DNA from: Candidatus Multivorans sp.
GTDB lineage: Bacteria > Acidobacteriota > Thermoanaerobaculia > Multivoradales > Multivoraceae
Reading direction: 5' to 3'
Length of the DNA: 64,000 nt
Assembly: GCA_965224025.1 (NCBI GenBank)
Contig: OZ245033.1
Span: 2,432,001 to 2,496,000, forward strand
Position numbers and translations under genes: made by a program. This document shows positions 45,569 to 59,387 of this stretch, one piece after another. How positions within the stretch are numbered: the first letter of the stretch is position 1; each line of letters starts with the position of its first letter. The notes below the pieces were generated by a model. It saw only the letters and a program-made list of their open reading frames with translations, did no database searches and had not been told where the DNA came from.

Positions 45569-46618
45569 TCAGGGTGTCGGCTTGGAGCCCTCGATCCGTC
45601 GCCTCGGCAGCGGACGCTCAGGGACATCCTCAAGCAGTCCGCCGTGGCCGAGCGAGGTGATGTCGCGGCGGGTCAACCGATCGCCGGCGAGCAGGCGGGG
45701 CAACACGAGGTCGACGATGTTCCGCTTCGGGCTGCGGGCGCAACCGGGGGCGCCGAGAACGGGCGTACCGCCGAGTTCGGCGAGCAGCAACAGGTTGCCG
45801 GGGTCGACCGGCGCGCCATAGCAGATGACCGACCCGCCGGCTGCCTCGATCGCGCTGGGAGCGAGATCGTGGCGGTCCTGGATCGCCGTTTCACCGGCGA
45901 GGATCAGGAGATCGACTAGCGGTGCGAGTTCGGCCACCGCAGCGGTCAGACCGGGGGCGCCCCGCTCGCCGTCGAGGGGCGCGAAACGAACTGTCGCGAG
46001 GTCGGTTCCGAGATCGTCCAGCCGCTGGCGGAACGCCTTCTCGAAGCCAGCGACGAGCCGCTCGCGTCCAACTGATTGGCTTGCTGCCACGGTGCCTGAG
46101 ACGATCAAGCCGGCATTCCGGCGTGGAAGTGCGTCAAGCCGGACAAGGGGGCTGGAGGCGAGGCTCTCCGCCGCGGCGACCGTCTCTTCGGGCAGAGCGT
46201 AGGGGAGGATCTTGGTCGTCGCGACCATCTTGCCGACGCGTGCGACGCTGTGGTCGGGGAGGGTGGCCAGGGTCACGCCGTCGCACTCATTGATGCGGTT
46301 CAGGGCTTCCGCGTCGACGCGCAGCAGGCCGAGCGTCTCCGCGTGCAGGTTGACTCGGCCCGTGGTCGGACCGCGAAGGACGAGCCCCGGGCCCGCGACC
46401 GCCTCGCTGATCCTTCGGGCGGCTTCGTTCTCGTCGACATCGCCGGGTTCCAGCCGGGCGGCGTAGACCTCTGAACGGCCCAGCGCGGTCAGGAGAGCCA
46501 CTTCCTCCCGGCCGAGCGCCCGACCCTTGCGCAGCACGCGGCGGCCATCGCCGTCGTACGCGTTGTGGCCGAGCACTGCCCCCAGGGCCTCGGTGAGCGG
46601 TGTGGACTCGAACTTCAT
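45569..46618 (-). CDS. Molybdopterin-binding protein (MoeA-like/MoCF biosynthesis domain)
   Basis: ALGAVLGHN, LRKG, GDVDENEAA, TTGRVNL, GAPVDPGNLLLL, LGAPGCARSPK and LGHGGLL. Confidence 0.85.
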   Translation of the reverse strand: MKFESTPLTEALGAVLGHNAYDGDGRRVLRKGRALGREEVALLTALGRSEVYAARLEPGDVDENEAARRISEAVAGPGLVLRGPTTGRVNLHAETLGLLRVDAEALNRINECDGVTLATLPDHSVARVGKMVATTKILPYALPEETVAAAESLASSPLVRLDALPRRNAGLIVSGTVAASQSVGRERLVAGFEKAFRQRLDDLGTDLATVRFAPLDGERGAPGLTAAVAELAPLVDLLILAGETAIQDRHDLAPSAIEAAGGSVICYGAPVDPGNLLLLAELGGTPVLGAPGCARSPKRNIVDLVLPRLLAGDRLTRRDITSLGHGGLLEDVPERPLPRRRIEGSKPTP

Positions 46619-46645
46619 CTGCCGCCGAAACTACACCGCAAACAC

Positions 46646-46697
46646 TGGGCGCGCCGGCGTCCTCGCCGGCCTGTAGCCGCGGGTCTTCTGACCCGCG
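46646..46697. repeat. Compound REP-like palindromes, copy 2
   Basis: TGGGCGC-GCCGGCG-TCCT-CGCCGGC fused to CTGTAGCCGCGGGTCTTCTGACCCGCG. Confidence 0.75.
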
Positions 46698-46753
46698 GAC
46701 AACAACGCGCCTCGAAGCGGCGACCGTACTCCAACGATAAACTCCCATCCCCT

Positions 46754-47908
46754 ATGGCTTCCGACAACTACGGCCGGATCGACGGCTGGCGCGACGAGCT
46801 CACCGAGTGGCGCCGTGACTTCCACCGCCACCCTGAGCTCGCGTTCGAAGAGGAGCGAACGGCGGGCATCGTCGCCGAGCGCCTGCGCTCCTTCGGCATC
46901 GATGTCCATGAGGGGATCGCCAGGACGGGCGTGATCGGGACGATAAGCGCCGGCAACTCGGATCGGGCGGTGGCGTTGCGGGCCGACATGGACGCGCTGC
47001 CGATCGACGAGAAGAACCAGTTCGGGCACTGCTCGACGGCGCCCGGGAAGATGCACGCCTGCGGGCATGACGGCCACACCGCGATGCTGCTCGGGGCGGC
47101 CCGCTACCTGGCGGGAACCCGGAATTTCGACGGCACGGTACAGCTCATCTTCCAGCCTGCCGAGGAGAAGGACGGCGGCGCCGGAGTCATGGTGCGCGAG
47201 GGCCTGTTCGAGCGCTTTCCGGCCGACAAGGTCTTCGGGCTGCACAACTTCCCGGGGGTGCCGACCGGCGCTTTCGCGACCAACAGTGGGCCCTTCATGG
47301 CCGCGATCGACCAGTTCGAGATCGAGATCCGCGGCCGGGGCACCCACGGCGCCTGGCCCCACAGCGGCATCGATCCGATCGTCGCCGCGTCCCAGGTCGT
47401 GCTCGGCTTGCAGACCCTGGTGTCGCGCAACGTCGACCCCCGGCGCCGGGCAGTCGTCTCGGTGACGATGAGCCACGCCGGCGACGCCTTCAACGTGATC
47501 CCGGAGACCGCCTACCTGGCCGGCGGCGTCCGCTCCTTCCTGCGCGAGGTCCAGGAGACGCTCGAGCTCGGGCTGGAGCGGGTCGTCCACGGTATCTGCG
47601 CGGCCCATGGCGCATCGGCCAAGGTCGACTACCAGCGCTACTACCCGGCGACCGTCAACGCGCTCCGCGAGACGGAGGAGATGACCGCCGCGGCGCGCAG
47701 CATGGGCTGGGAGGTCGATGCCGACATGGAGCCGCTGATGGGTTCCGACGACTTCGCGTTTCTGGCCGAAGAGCGGCCGGGATCGTTCATGATGATCGGC
47801 AACGGCGACAGCGAGATGCTGCACACGCCGAGGTACGACTTCAACGACGAGTTGCTGACCATCGGCGCCAAGTACTGGGCGCGCCTGGCCGAGAGCCAGC
47901 TTTCTTAG
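46754..47908 (+). CDS. M20 amidohydrolase (hippuricase-like)
   Basis: RRDFHRHPELAFEE, LRADMDALP, MHACGHDGH, FQPAEE, GLHN, GSDDFA and LHTPRYDFND. Confidence 0.93.
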   Translation: MASDNYGRIDGWRDELTEWRRDFHRHPELAFEEERTAGIVAERLRSFGIDVHEGIARTGVIGTISAGNSDRAVALRADMDALPIDEKNQFGHCSTAPGKMHACGHDGHTAMLLGAARYLAGTRNFDGTVQLIFQPAEEKDGGAGVMVREGLFERFPADKVFGLHNFPGVPTGAFATNSGPFMAAIDQFEIEIRGRGTHGAWPHSGIDPIVAASQVVLGLQTLVSRNVDPRRRAVVSVTMSHAGDAFNVIPETAYLAGGVRSFLREVQETLELGLERVVHGICAAHGASAKVDYQRYYPATVNALRETEEMTAAARSMGWEVDADMEPLMGSDDFAFLAEERPGSFMMIGNGDSEMLHTPRYDFNDELLTIGAKYWARLAESQLS

Positions 47909-48067
47909 GGAACCGTCGAAACAAAGCCGGCGGCTGCGGCGTATTCCTTGGTGACGCGGGCAGTTTCCGGGCCCCTTCAGCCGGACACCGAAGATGCGGC
48001 GATGGCCCCCGCGCTCCGTCCACCCATAGCTTCGAAGATCACGCTTCCAAACAGACGAGCAACCTTG

Positions 48068-49243
48068 ATGCCGTATACGAACCAGCCCACGGCGGCCACG
48101 TCCCGAGCGAGCTGGACGCCGCTTGTTCTCACTCTTCTCTTCATTCTTCCCTTCGCGGCCGGTTGCGCCTTCGATAGCGGTGTGGCCGGTGAGCCGCCGG
48201 CAGCCGACACCGCCAGCCCGGCCGACGACGACGCGATTCCCGTCGCGGCGCTGCCGATGTTCCGCGGCCGGATCGAGTCCGTGCTCCGCTTCTCGACCAA
48301 TCTCGAGGCCGAAAACCGGGTCGATGTGCTCTCCGAAACCGAGCGGCACGTGACCGACCTCCTGGTCGAGGAGGGCGACACGGTGCGCATCGGCCAGACC
48401 CTGTTGCTGCTCGAGGACGAGGCCCAGCGCACCGCCCTCAAGAGGGTCCAGAGCCAACTGGCCCGCTCGCGCCTGGAGTACGACCGCCAGGAGCGCCTCT
48501 TCGAGCAGGACTTGATCAGCGAACAGGCCTACAACAAGGCGCGCTACGACATGGAGCAGCTCGAGCTGGCGTTGGAAGACTCCGAGCGCGAACTGAGCTA
48601 CGCGACCGTCATGGCGCCGATTGCAGGCGTCGTCACCGAGCGCCTCGTGAACATCGGCGGCCACGTCGAGACCCACGCCAAGCTGTTCGAGATCGTCGAC
48701 TTCGACTCCATCGTGGCGCGCGTGTTCGTGCCGGAGCGCCAGTTGACGGGGCTGTTCGTGGGGCAGCCGGCGCGAGTGCTGGCGCAGTCTCTCGACGGCT
48801 CGCATCAGGCCCGCGTCGAACGCATTTCGCCGGTGGTGGACCCGCGGAGCGGCACGGTCAAAGTGACCCTCGACATTCCCGGCAACCAGGGTCTGCTGCC
48901 CGGCATGTACGTCGAGGTCGACCTGGTGGCCGCGGTCGAGGAGGACGCCCTGCTGGCGCCGAAGCGGGCGTTGGTCTACGACCAGGAGCAGGTCTTCGTG
49001 TTCCGGGTTACCGAGGGCGCCGAGGGCCCGCGCGCCGAACGCCTGCTGGTGAGCATCCGGATCGAGAGCGAGGACGTGGTTCAGTTGGCCGGCGATCTGA
49101 CCGAGGGCCAGCGCCTGATCGTGGCCGGTCAGGCCGGACTCAAGGACGGCGCCCGCATCCGCCTGCTCGACCCGGCCGAGGCGCTGGGCGCCGCGGCGGA
49201 GCTGGGCGCCGCGTCGACGCCGACCTACCAGCCCGCGAGCTGA
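48068..49243 (+). CDS. RND efflux periplasmic adaptor (lipoprotein)
   Basis: AAGC lipobox; VEEGDTV, APIAGVV, ISPVVDPRSGTVKV and LLPGMY. Confidence 0.9.
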   Translation: MPYTNQPTAATSRASWTPLVLTLLFILPFAAGCAFDSGVAGEPPAADTASPADDDAIPVAALPMFRGRIESVLRFSTNLEAENRVDVLSETERHVTDLLVEEGDTVRIGQTLLLLEDEAQRTALKRVQSQLARSRLEYDRQERLFEQDLISEQAYNKARYDMEQLELALEDSERELSYATVMAPIAGVVTERLVNIGGHVETHAKLFEIVDFDSIVARVFVPERQLTGLFVGQPARVLAQSLDGSHQARVERISPVVDPRSGTVKVTLDIPGNQGLLPGMYVEVDLVAAVEEDALLAPKRALVYDQEQVFVFRVTEGAEGPRAERLLVSIRIESEDVVQLAGDLTEGQRLIVAGQAGLKDGARIRLLDPAEALGAAAELGAASTPTYQPAS

Positions 49244-49277
49244 CTCCTGCCACCGCGATAGCGAGAGGAGCGGCGTT

Positions 49278-52838
<3,561 letters not shown>

Positions 52839-52840
52839 GA

Positions 52841-55800
52841 GTGAGCGATTCGCGGCGCACGGGCAACGGAGATCAGCCGGACAACCGGCGCCTCGCTTCC
52901 CTGGGCGTCTCGCTGCCCCGGCTGTCCCTGGAGCGGCGGATCGGTGTGGTCGTCGTGGTCGGCGCGGTCCTGGTCATGGGACTGGTTGCCGCCCTGTCGC
53001 TGCCGATCGAGCTCATTCCGTCCGGCTACAGCTCGCCGTTCCTGCGCGTAACGGTGCCGTGGCGGGACGCGCCGCCCCAGGAGCTGCTGGACAAGATCAC
53101 GATTCCGCTCGAGGAGGAGCTGGCAACGGTTCGCGGGCTGGAAAACCAGTTCTCGTTCTGCGCCGTGGGCTTCACCCAGGTTTTCCTGAGTTTCGCGCAC
53201 GGCACGGACATGGACGTCGCTTACCGCGAGGTCCGCGACCGGATCGAACGCGCCCGGGCCCGGATGCCCGACGACGTCGAGCAGGTCCTCATCCGCAAGG
53301 ACGACGACGCGATGATGCCGGTGGCCATGGTCGGCCTGATGGTCGAGGAGGGGACGGCCGACACCTACAACCTGATCCAGAACGAGGTCATCCTGAAGCT
53401 GGAGCGGGTCCCGGGCGTGGCCTCGGTCGACGCCCAGGGCCTGCTGGAGCGGGAGGTGCTGATCGAGCTCGACCGGCAGCGGGTCGAGGCGGCCGGGCTC
53501 AACATCTTCGAGATCGCGCAGGACCTGGCGAGCGACTACTTCACCCTGGCTTCGGGCAACGTGCGCGCCGGCGACCGCAAGCTGCTGCTTCGGTCGGTGG
53601 CGAGGTATCCGGCGCCGCAGAACGTCCGCGACATGTGGATCACCGACACGGTGCGGCTGGGAGACATCGCCTCGGTGCGCTACGACGTGCCCGACGACGA
53701 ATTCCGGGTGCGCGTGAACGGCAGCCCTGCCTACGCGATCCGGGTCCAGAAGGAGGGCGAGGCGAACGCGCTCGAGGTTGCGAGCGAGGTCGAACGCCTG
53801 GTCCGGGAGATGGCCAGGAACCCGCGTCTGGCGGCGCTGGATATCGCGGTGATCATGAGTTCGGGCGAGATCATCCGCGACTCGATGGGCGTGCTGCTCT
53901 CCAGCGGCCGCATCGGCGCCCTGTTCGCGATGATCGTCCTCTTCTTTTTCCTCCGCCGGCTGCGGATGTCTCTCATCATCGCCTTCTCGATCCCGCTCTC
54001 GATGGTCGCCGCGGTGGTCGCGATGTACTTCTTCGGCGAGACCTTCAACGTGATCTCGCTGCTGGGCCTGATGATCTCGGTCGGGTTGCTGGTCGACAAC
54101 TCGGTGGTCGTGGCCGAGAACATCCACCGGCTCCACCAGAGCGGCGTCGGCCGGCGGCAGGCGGCGCTCCAGGGGGCGGGGGAGATCGCGCTCGCGATCA
54201 CCACCGCCACGCTGACCACGGTGATCGTCTTCCTGCCGGTTTCCCTGGTTGACGGTCAGGGCCAGTTCATGCTGCTGCGCTTGGTGATCCCGATCACGGT
54301 CTCCCTGCTTGCCTCGCTGGTTGTGGCCCTGGTGGTCGTGCCGCTGATGGTCTACGTAACCCTGCCCTCGCGGCGGGCGGCGGAGAAGGGCGCCCTGCGC
54401 CAGGTTCGCGATGCCTCGAACGTGGTCCTGCGCCGGGCCTACGAGGCGACGTTCGGCCTGCTCAACCGTGCCTACCGCGGCATGCTCGCCTATGGCCTGC
54501 GGCGTCGGCTCGACGTGGTTCTGGGGCTGGTGGCGGCGCTGGCGCTGACCCAGTTCGCTGCCAGCGGCCGCCTGGAAGTGGTGCCCATGTCGGAGGACGA
54601 CCAGGCGTTCTTCAACATCGAGGTCCGGTTGCCGCGCGACTTGTCGTTCGACGAGACGATCGAGTACTTCGCGCGCGCCGAGGAGAAGATCGACGGCCTG
54701 CGCGACGAACTCGGCCTCGAGTACCTCGTGTTCTTCCACGAACGCACCTGGGGCCAGATCCAGGGGATCATGGCCACCGACACCGACATCGGCCTGAAGC
54801 CGCGCGAGGTCACGCAGCGGGTGCTCGATCTGATGCCCGAGATGCCCGGGATTCGTTTCCACACGGGCTTCGCCTCGGAACAGGAAACGACGGACAAGGC
54901 GTTCGAGACGCTGACCCTGTTCGGTGAGGACGCCGACGTGTTGGAGGCGGTGGCGAGCGGGATCGAGGACCGCCTGGTCCGGGTGCCGGGCGTTCTGGCG
55001 GTCAAGAAGGCGGCCGAGGAAGCGCCGAACGAACTCGCCCTGGTCCTCGACCGGGACCGCGCCATGCGCCAGCAGGTGAACCCGCGCACGCTGGCGGTGA
55101 TGGTCGGCTATGCCCTGCGCGGCCAGGCGCTGCCGCGGATCTACTACGGCGGCCAGGACATCCCGGTGCGCATCCGCTTCGAGGAGCAGGACCGCCAGAG
55201 TCTCGCCGAACTGCGCAACTTCTCGGTACCCGCCGAGACCGGCGAGACGCTTGCCATCGGCGCCCTGGTCGATGTCCGCCAGCAGCCGGCGGCGACCCGT
55301 ATCTCGCGCCGCGACAAGCAGACCGCGCGCCGGATCACGCTGGAGCTCGAAGAGGGCAGGGAGAGCGAGGCGCGCCGGGCGGTGCGGGAGGTCGCGGCAC
55401 AGACGGAACTGCCTGAGGGCGTGGCCTGGGCGCGGCTTGTGCGCAATGTCGCCGCGGAGGAGACCCGGAACCTGATGATCGCGGCGCTGATGTCGATCGC
55501 CTTCGTCTACCTGCTGATGGGTTTCCTGTTCGAGAGTTTCCTGCTGCCGTTGGCGATCCTGGTCACGATCCCGCTCGCCAGCATGGGGGTGACCTGGATC
55601 CACCTGCTCGCCGGGCGCGACCTGGACTTCCTGGGCCTGGTCGGGCTGATCATCCTGATCGGAGTGGTCGTGAACAACGGCATCGTGCTGCTCGACTCGG
55701 TGAACCGCCTGCGCGCGGCGGGCACGGAGCGAGGTCAGGCCCTGCTCGAAGCCGCCGACCGGCGCTTCCGTCCGATCATGATGACCGCGCTGACCACGAT

Positions 55801-56038
55801 CTGCGGCATGGTGCCGTTACTCTTCGGTCAGCCGACGCAGATGGGGCTGAGCTACAAGAGCTTCGGCTTGACGTTGATCGGCGGCATGGCGGCGGCGACG
55901 CTGCTCACCCTGCTCGCGGTGCCGGTGTTCTACACCCTGATCGAGGACGGCCGCTCTTGGGTCGGCCGCACGATCGCCGGCGCCCTGGCGCGGCGGCCTT
56001 CTAGCCGGCTTCCGGTGTCTGCAATCGGATCCGAGTGA
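52841..56038 (+). CDS. RND efflux permease subunit 2
   Basis: NVISLLGLMISVGLLVDNSVVVAENI, GVVVNNGIVLLD and RFRPIMMTALTT. Confidence 0.93.
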   Translation: MSDSRRTGNGDQPDNRRLASLGVSLPRLSLERRIGVVVVVGAVLVMGLVAALSLPIELIPSGYSSPFLRVTVPWRDAPPQELLDKITIPLEEELATVRGLENQFSFCAVGFTQVFLSFAHGTDMDVAYREVRDRIERARARMPDDVEQVLIRKDDDAMMPVAMVGLMVEEGTADTYNLIQNEVILKLERVPGVASVDAQGLLEREVLIELDRQRVEAAGLNIFEIAQDLASDYFTLASGNVRAGDRKLLLRSVARYPAPQNVRDMWITDTVRLGDIASVRYDVPDDEFRVRVNGSPAYAIRVQKEGEANALEVASEVERLVREMARNPRLAALDIAVIMSSGEIIRDSMGVLLSSGRIGALFAMIVLFFFLRRLRMSLIIAFSIPLSMVAAVVAMYFFGETFNVISLLGLMISVGLLVDNSVVVAENIHRLHQSGVGRRQAALQGAGEIALAITTATLTTVIVFLPVSLVDGQGQFMLLRLVIPITVSLLASLVVALVVVPLMVYVTLPSRRAAEKGALRQVRDASNVVLRRAYEATFGLLNRAYRGMLAYGLRRRLDVVLGLVAALALTQFAASGRLEVVPMSEDDQAFFNIEVRLPRDLSFDETIEYFARAEEKIDGLRDELGLEYLVFFHERTWGQIQGIMATDTDIGLKPREVTQRVLDLMPEMPGIRFHTGFASEQETTDKAFETLTLFGEDADVLEAVASGIEDRLVRVPGVLAVKKAAEEAPNELALVLDRDRAMRQQVNPRTLAVMVGYALRGQALPRIYYGGQDIPVRIRFEEQDRQSLAELRNFSVPAETGETLAIGALVDVRQQPAATRISRRDKQTARRITLELEEGRESEARRAVREVAAQTELPEGVAWARLVRNVAAEETRNLMIAALMSIAFVYLLMGFLFESFLLPLAILVTIPLASMGVTWIHLLAGRDLDFLGLVGLIILIGVVVNNGIVLLDSVNRLRAAGTERGQALLEAADRRFRPIMMTALTTICGMVPLLFGQPTQMGLSYKSFGLTLIGGMAAATLLTLLAVPVFYTLIEDGRSWVGRTIAGALARRPSSRLPVSAIGSE

Positions 56039-56120
56039 TTGGATCCTCGGCCGATTTGAGCCGATTCCGGCCTACCGTTGCTATAGTCGAGCGTTTCAGC
56101 AACCACGGAGGGATCGGCTC

Positions 56121-59100
56121 ATGCGACGCACCCTGGCCTTGCTCGGAACGCTCTCGCTCCTCGTCCTCGCCGCGCCGGTCGCGGCGGACAGCCCCGAAAC
56201 CGGGGTTGTCGTCGGACGGGCGGTCGACTCGAATGGAGACCCAATGCCCGGGGTCACGGTGACCCTCGCCGGCGAGCGGGGCGAGAAAGTTGCGATCACC
56301 GACGCTCAGGGTGCCTACCGGTTCGCCCTGGTGACGCCTGGACCGTACACGGTAAGGGGCGCTCTCGACAGCTACGGGACGGCGGAGAGCGCGGTGCAGG
56401 TGACCCCCGGCACCCGCTCGGAAGTGGGTCTGACCATGGTGCTCGAAGCGGCGGGAGAGATCACCGTCGTCGCCGAAGCGCCGGTGATCAACCGCTTCGA
56501 GTCGACCTCGGCCGGCACGATCACGTCCGACGTCGCGGAGAATGTGACTTCGATCAACTCGAATTACTACAGCGCCCTGGCGCTGCTGCCGGGCGTCACC
56601 TCGGACGGCGACCTGGCTGACGAGTACCCCGGCTCCAACGGTTCGCGGTGGATGGAGGCCGCGGTCTTCGTCGACGGCGTGGACACGACGTACACGCGGC
56701 GGGGCGGCTCGCGGCTGTATCTTCCCCAGATCGCCGTGTCCTCAACCTCCCTGCAGTCCACTTCCGGCAGCGCCGAGTACGGGCGCGCCACTGGCGGCGT
56801 CACCAACGTCACCACCAAGTCGGGCACGAACCGGTTCCACGGCGACTACAAGGCCCACCGGCAGCAGGGCGACTGGGTGTCGGAGTTCAAGAGCCATCCG
56901 GAGCTCGCGGAGCGAGTCACCTGCAAGTACAGAGCGGTCGTGAATCCGCACCTCCTGGCCCGCAGCCCATACTGCAACCCGGATTTCTTCTTCCGCACCG
57001 AGGAGCAGAAGGACTACTCGGACCTCGAACTGCAGGGTTCGCTCGGCGGCCCGCTGGCGCGGAACAGGGCCTGGTTCTTTGCCGCGGTCGCGGACACGAA
57101 CACGTTCAGCAGCCAGGAGACATATGGCGGCGACATCGTGGACAACAGCGCCTACGTCGGCAGCCGGATCGCCAAGCTGAACTTCCAGCCCAGCCCGGCC
57201 CACGCGCTCTCCGCCTACTACACCACCTCGCCGCTCGACGTCACGTTCATTCTTGGTGATTTGCCGGCTGACAAGTACACGGCCACGCCGCATGTCTTCG
57301 GCGGCGAGCTGCTGACCGCCAACTGGAACTGGAGCGCCAGCCAGGACGTGTTCATGGAGTTCAAGCTGGCGTTCCACGATTCCAGCGAGCACAAGCCACT
57401 GAACGCCGGCGACGGATACGACCTGGAATCCGCTCTGCTCGAGAAGCAGCAGGATCCGCGGTATCCTGCGAACGATCAGGGACCCCACAGCCCCGGCAAC
57501 AACTTCCACGGCTATATCGGTTTCGACGGGCAGGATCATTGGTGGAACGGCTGGATACTGGACAACGGTTTCGGTCGCAACGACTACCCGCGGGACCAGG
57601 CGAACGCGCGCATGACCTGGTTCGCCAGCGAGAGCCACGAGGCGCTGTTCGGCGCGGACTGGCAGAGCGTCGGCTGGGTGCAGAACCTGCAGCGGAACAA
57701 CACCTACAGCGGAAACCAGTTCAACGTCTCGAGCCCGTCCGGCTTCGACATCTGCAGCATCATCGCGTTGGGGTACCGTCTCTGTGTCTTGCAGGACTAC
57801 GCGCCCGCGGATCTGGTGGGCGACCCGGTTCTCGACGGCACTAGGTCATCGAACGTGGCGTTCTTTGCACGCGACAGGTTCTCGGCGGGAGATCACTGGA
57901 CTTTCAACCTTGGGCTGCGCTACGAAGACCAGGTGCACAAGAACGATGTCCGCCGCACGGTGATCGATTCAACCGATGTCTCACCCCGCATCTTCACAGC
58001 CTACGATTTTCGAGGCGACGGAAAGATGCTGCTCAGTCTGAGTCTCGGCCGTTCCTACCAACATATGCCGCAGGACCTCGTCAACAACCACCTGCTTGAA
58101 GGGTGGAACGGCACGAATGCGTTCGACCGGTTCATCTACTGTGATCAGTTGGCAGCGTTGTTGCTCGCGCATGTATGTCGGGGGGTGGGATATACGGGAC
58201 TGGTCGGCAGGCAGCGTCCCGGCGTCATGTGGCAGCAGATCGATGCCGGTGTGCTCCCCGATGTCGACATCGAGCCTTACTTCAAGGACGAAGTCGACCT
58301 GAGCCTGCGTTGGGCCCTGAACCCGAGTTGGTACTTCCAGGCGAGCGCCATCTACTGGACGTTCCAGAACTCCATCGGCACCACGCAGCAGCGACTGCCC
58401 AACGGGGACTTCTTCACACTGACCGAGAACTACAAGGACTACGAAGAGGTCCTGGGTGCGCTCGGCGTGGTGGATCCGGACGTGCTGGCTAACTTCGAAG
58501 AGGGCAGGCGCACATACAGGTCCCTGCAGTTGCAGCTCAACCGGAGCTTCCGCAACGACTGGGCGCTCTACAACAATCTGACTTTGGCCGATGCCAGGGG
58601 CCACTTCTGGGGCGGGTTGTTCAACAACGTGAACGCGGACTACGGGCGAAACCTGGATGTCGGACTGACCCAGGGGCACATCGATTCGTGCGCGGGGGGG
58701 CAACTTGTGACCTCTGGTGGACAGCCGGTGATCGGCGTCGACGGCAGTCCCATCGTGAGGCCGTACCCGGTCGATTGCGAGGCGGCGCTGTCGGGGTTCC
58801 TCGGCGTACCGGTATCGACGATCAATCGCTACGGAACGGTCGGCGAGAACAACAAGGTCACATGGAACAGCTACGGCTTCAAAGCCTTTGATCTGGGCAA
58901 CAGCGGTCAGAGGCTCACGTTGGGCGGCTCGTTCTCATGGCGCTCCGGCAAGCCGTGGCAGCGGCAGGCGGGTGCGGGACTCGGGAGCTGCGGCAGCACC
59001 TTCGACGGCTGCGATCCTGTGCAGGCCGCCATCAGTTCAAGCACTTCCCTGTATCTGGAGCCGCGGGGCACGCGCGATCCGCTGAACTCGAACTGGACGT

Positions 59101-59291
59101 CAAACCTGTACTTGAACTGGGAATTCCCCATACGGGGGGATCTGAGGGGTAGCTTGCGCCTTGAGGGCTCGAACGTGACGAACAATCAGAAGCTTCAGCG
59201 AGTGACAAGCCAGGGCGAAGTGGACACCTCGCGGTACATCGGCTGGCAGGACCCACGGAGGTTCGCCCTGTCGACGACGTTCAGCTTCTAG
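56121..59291 (+). CDS. Oar-like TonB-dependent receptor with N-terminal carboxypeptidase-regulatory-like domain
   Basis: Signal peptide; GDPMPGVTV, SAEYGRATGGVTNVTTKSGTNRFHG, LGGPL, WFF, NLGLRYE and SPR; C-terminal ...TFSF. Confidence 0.9.
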   Translation: MRRTLALLGTLSLLVLAAPVAADSPETGVVVGRAVDSNGDPMPGVTVTLAGERGEKVAITDAQGAYRFALVTPGPYTVRGALDSYGTAESAVQVTPGTRSEVGLTMVLEAAGEITVVAEAPVINRFESTSAGTITSDVAENVTSINSNYYSALALLPGVTSDGDLADEYPGSNGSRWMEAAVFVDGVDTTYTRRGGSRLYLPQIAVSSTSLQSTSGSAEYGRATGGVTNVTTKSGTNRFHGDYKAHRQQGDWVSEFKSHPELAERVTCKYRAVVNPHLLARSPYCNPDFFFRTEEQKDYSDLELQGSLGGPLARNRAWFFAAVADTNTFSSQETYGGDIVDNSAYVGSRIAKLNFQPSPAHALSAYYTTSPLDVTFILGDLPADKYTATPHVFGGELLTANWNWSASQDVFMEFKLAFHDSSEHKPLNAGDGYDLESALLEKQQDPRYPANDQGPHSPGNNFHGYIGFDGQDHWWNGWILDNGFGRNDYPRDQANARMTWFASESHEALFGADWQSVGWVQNLQRNNTYSGNQFNVSSPSGFDICSIIALGYRLCVLQDYAPADLVGDPVLDGTRSSNVAFFARDRFSAGDHWTFNLGLRYEDQVHKNDVRRTVIDSTDVSPRIFTAYDFRGDGKMLLSLSLGRSYQHMPQDLVNNHLLEGWNGTNAFDRFIYCDQLAALLLAHVCRGVGYTGLVGRQRPGVMWQQIDAGVLPDVDIEPYFKDEVDLSLRWALNPSWYFQASAIYWTFQNSIGTTQQRLPNGDFFTLTENYKDYEEVLGALGVVDPDVLANFEEGRRTYRSLQLQLNRSFRNDWALYNNLTLADARGHFWGGLFNNVNADYGRNLDVGLTQGHIDSCAGGQLVTSGGQPVIGVDGSPIVRPYPVDCEAALSGFLGVPVSTINRYGTVGENNKVTWNSYGFKAFDLGNSGQRLTLGGSFSWRSGKPWQRQAGAGLGSCGSTFDGCDPVQAAISSSTSLYLEPRGTRDPLNSNWTSNLYLNWEFPIRGDLRGSLRLEGSNVTNNQKLQRVTSQGEVDTSRYIGWQDPRRFALSTTFSF

Positions 59292-59347
59292 ACGGCCTGT
59301 CGGTGGGCCGCCGCGGGTACGCGCAGTGGCCGATTGGGTATCGCGCG

Positions 59348-59380
59348 GAGCCCGGCTTCGGCCGGGCTCTTCGTCTTTCT
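59348..59380 (+). terminator. Rho-independent terminator
   Basis: GAGCCCGGC-TTCG-GCCGGGCTC followed by a T-rich tail, between convergent genes. Confidence 0.75.
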
Positions 59381-59387
59381 ACCTAGC

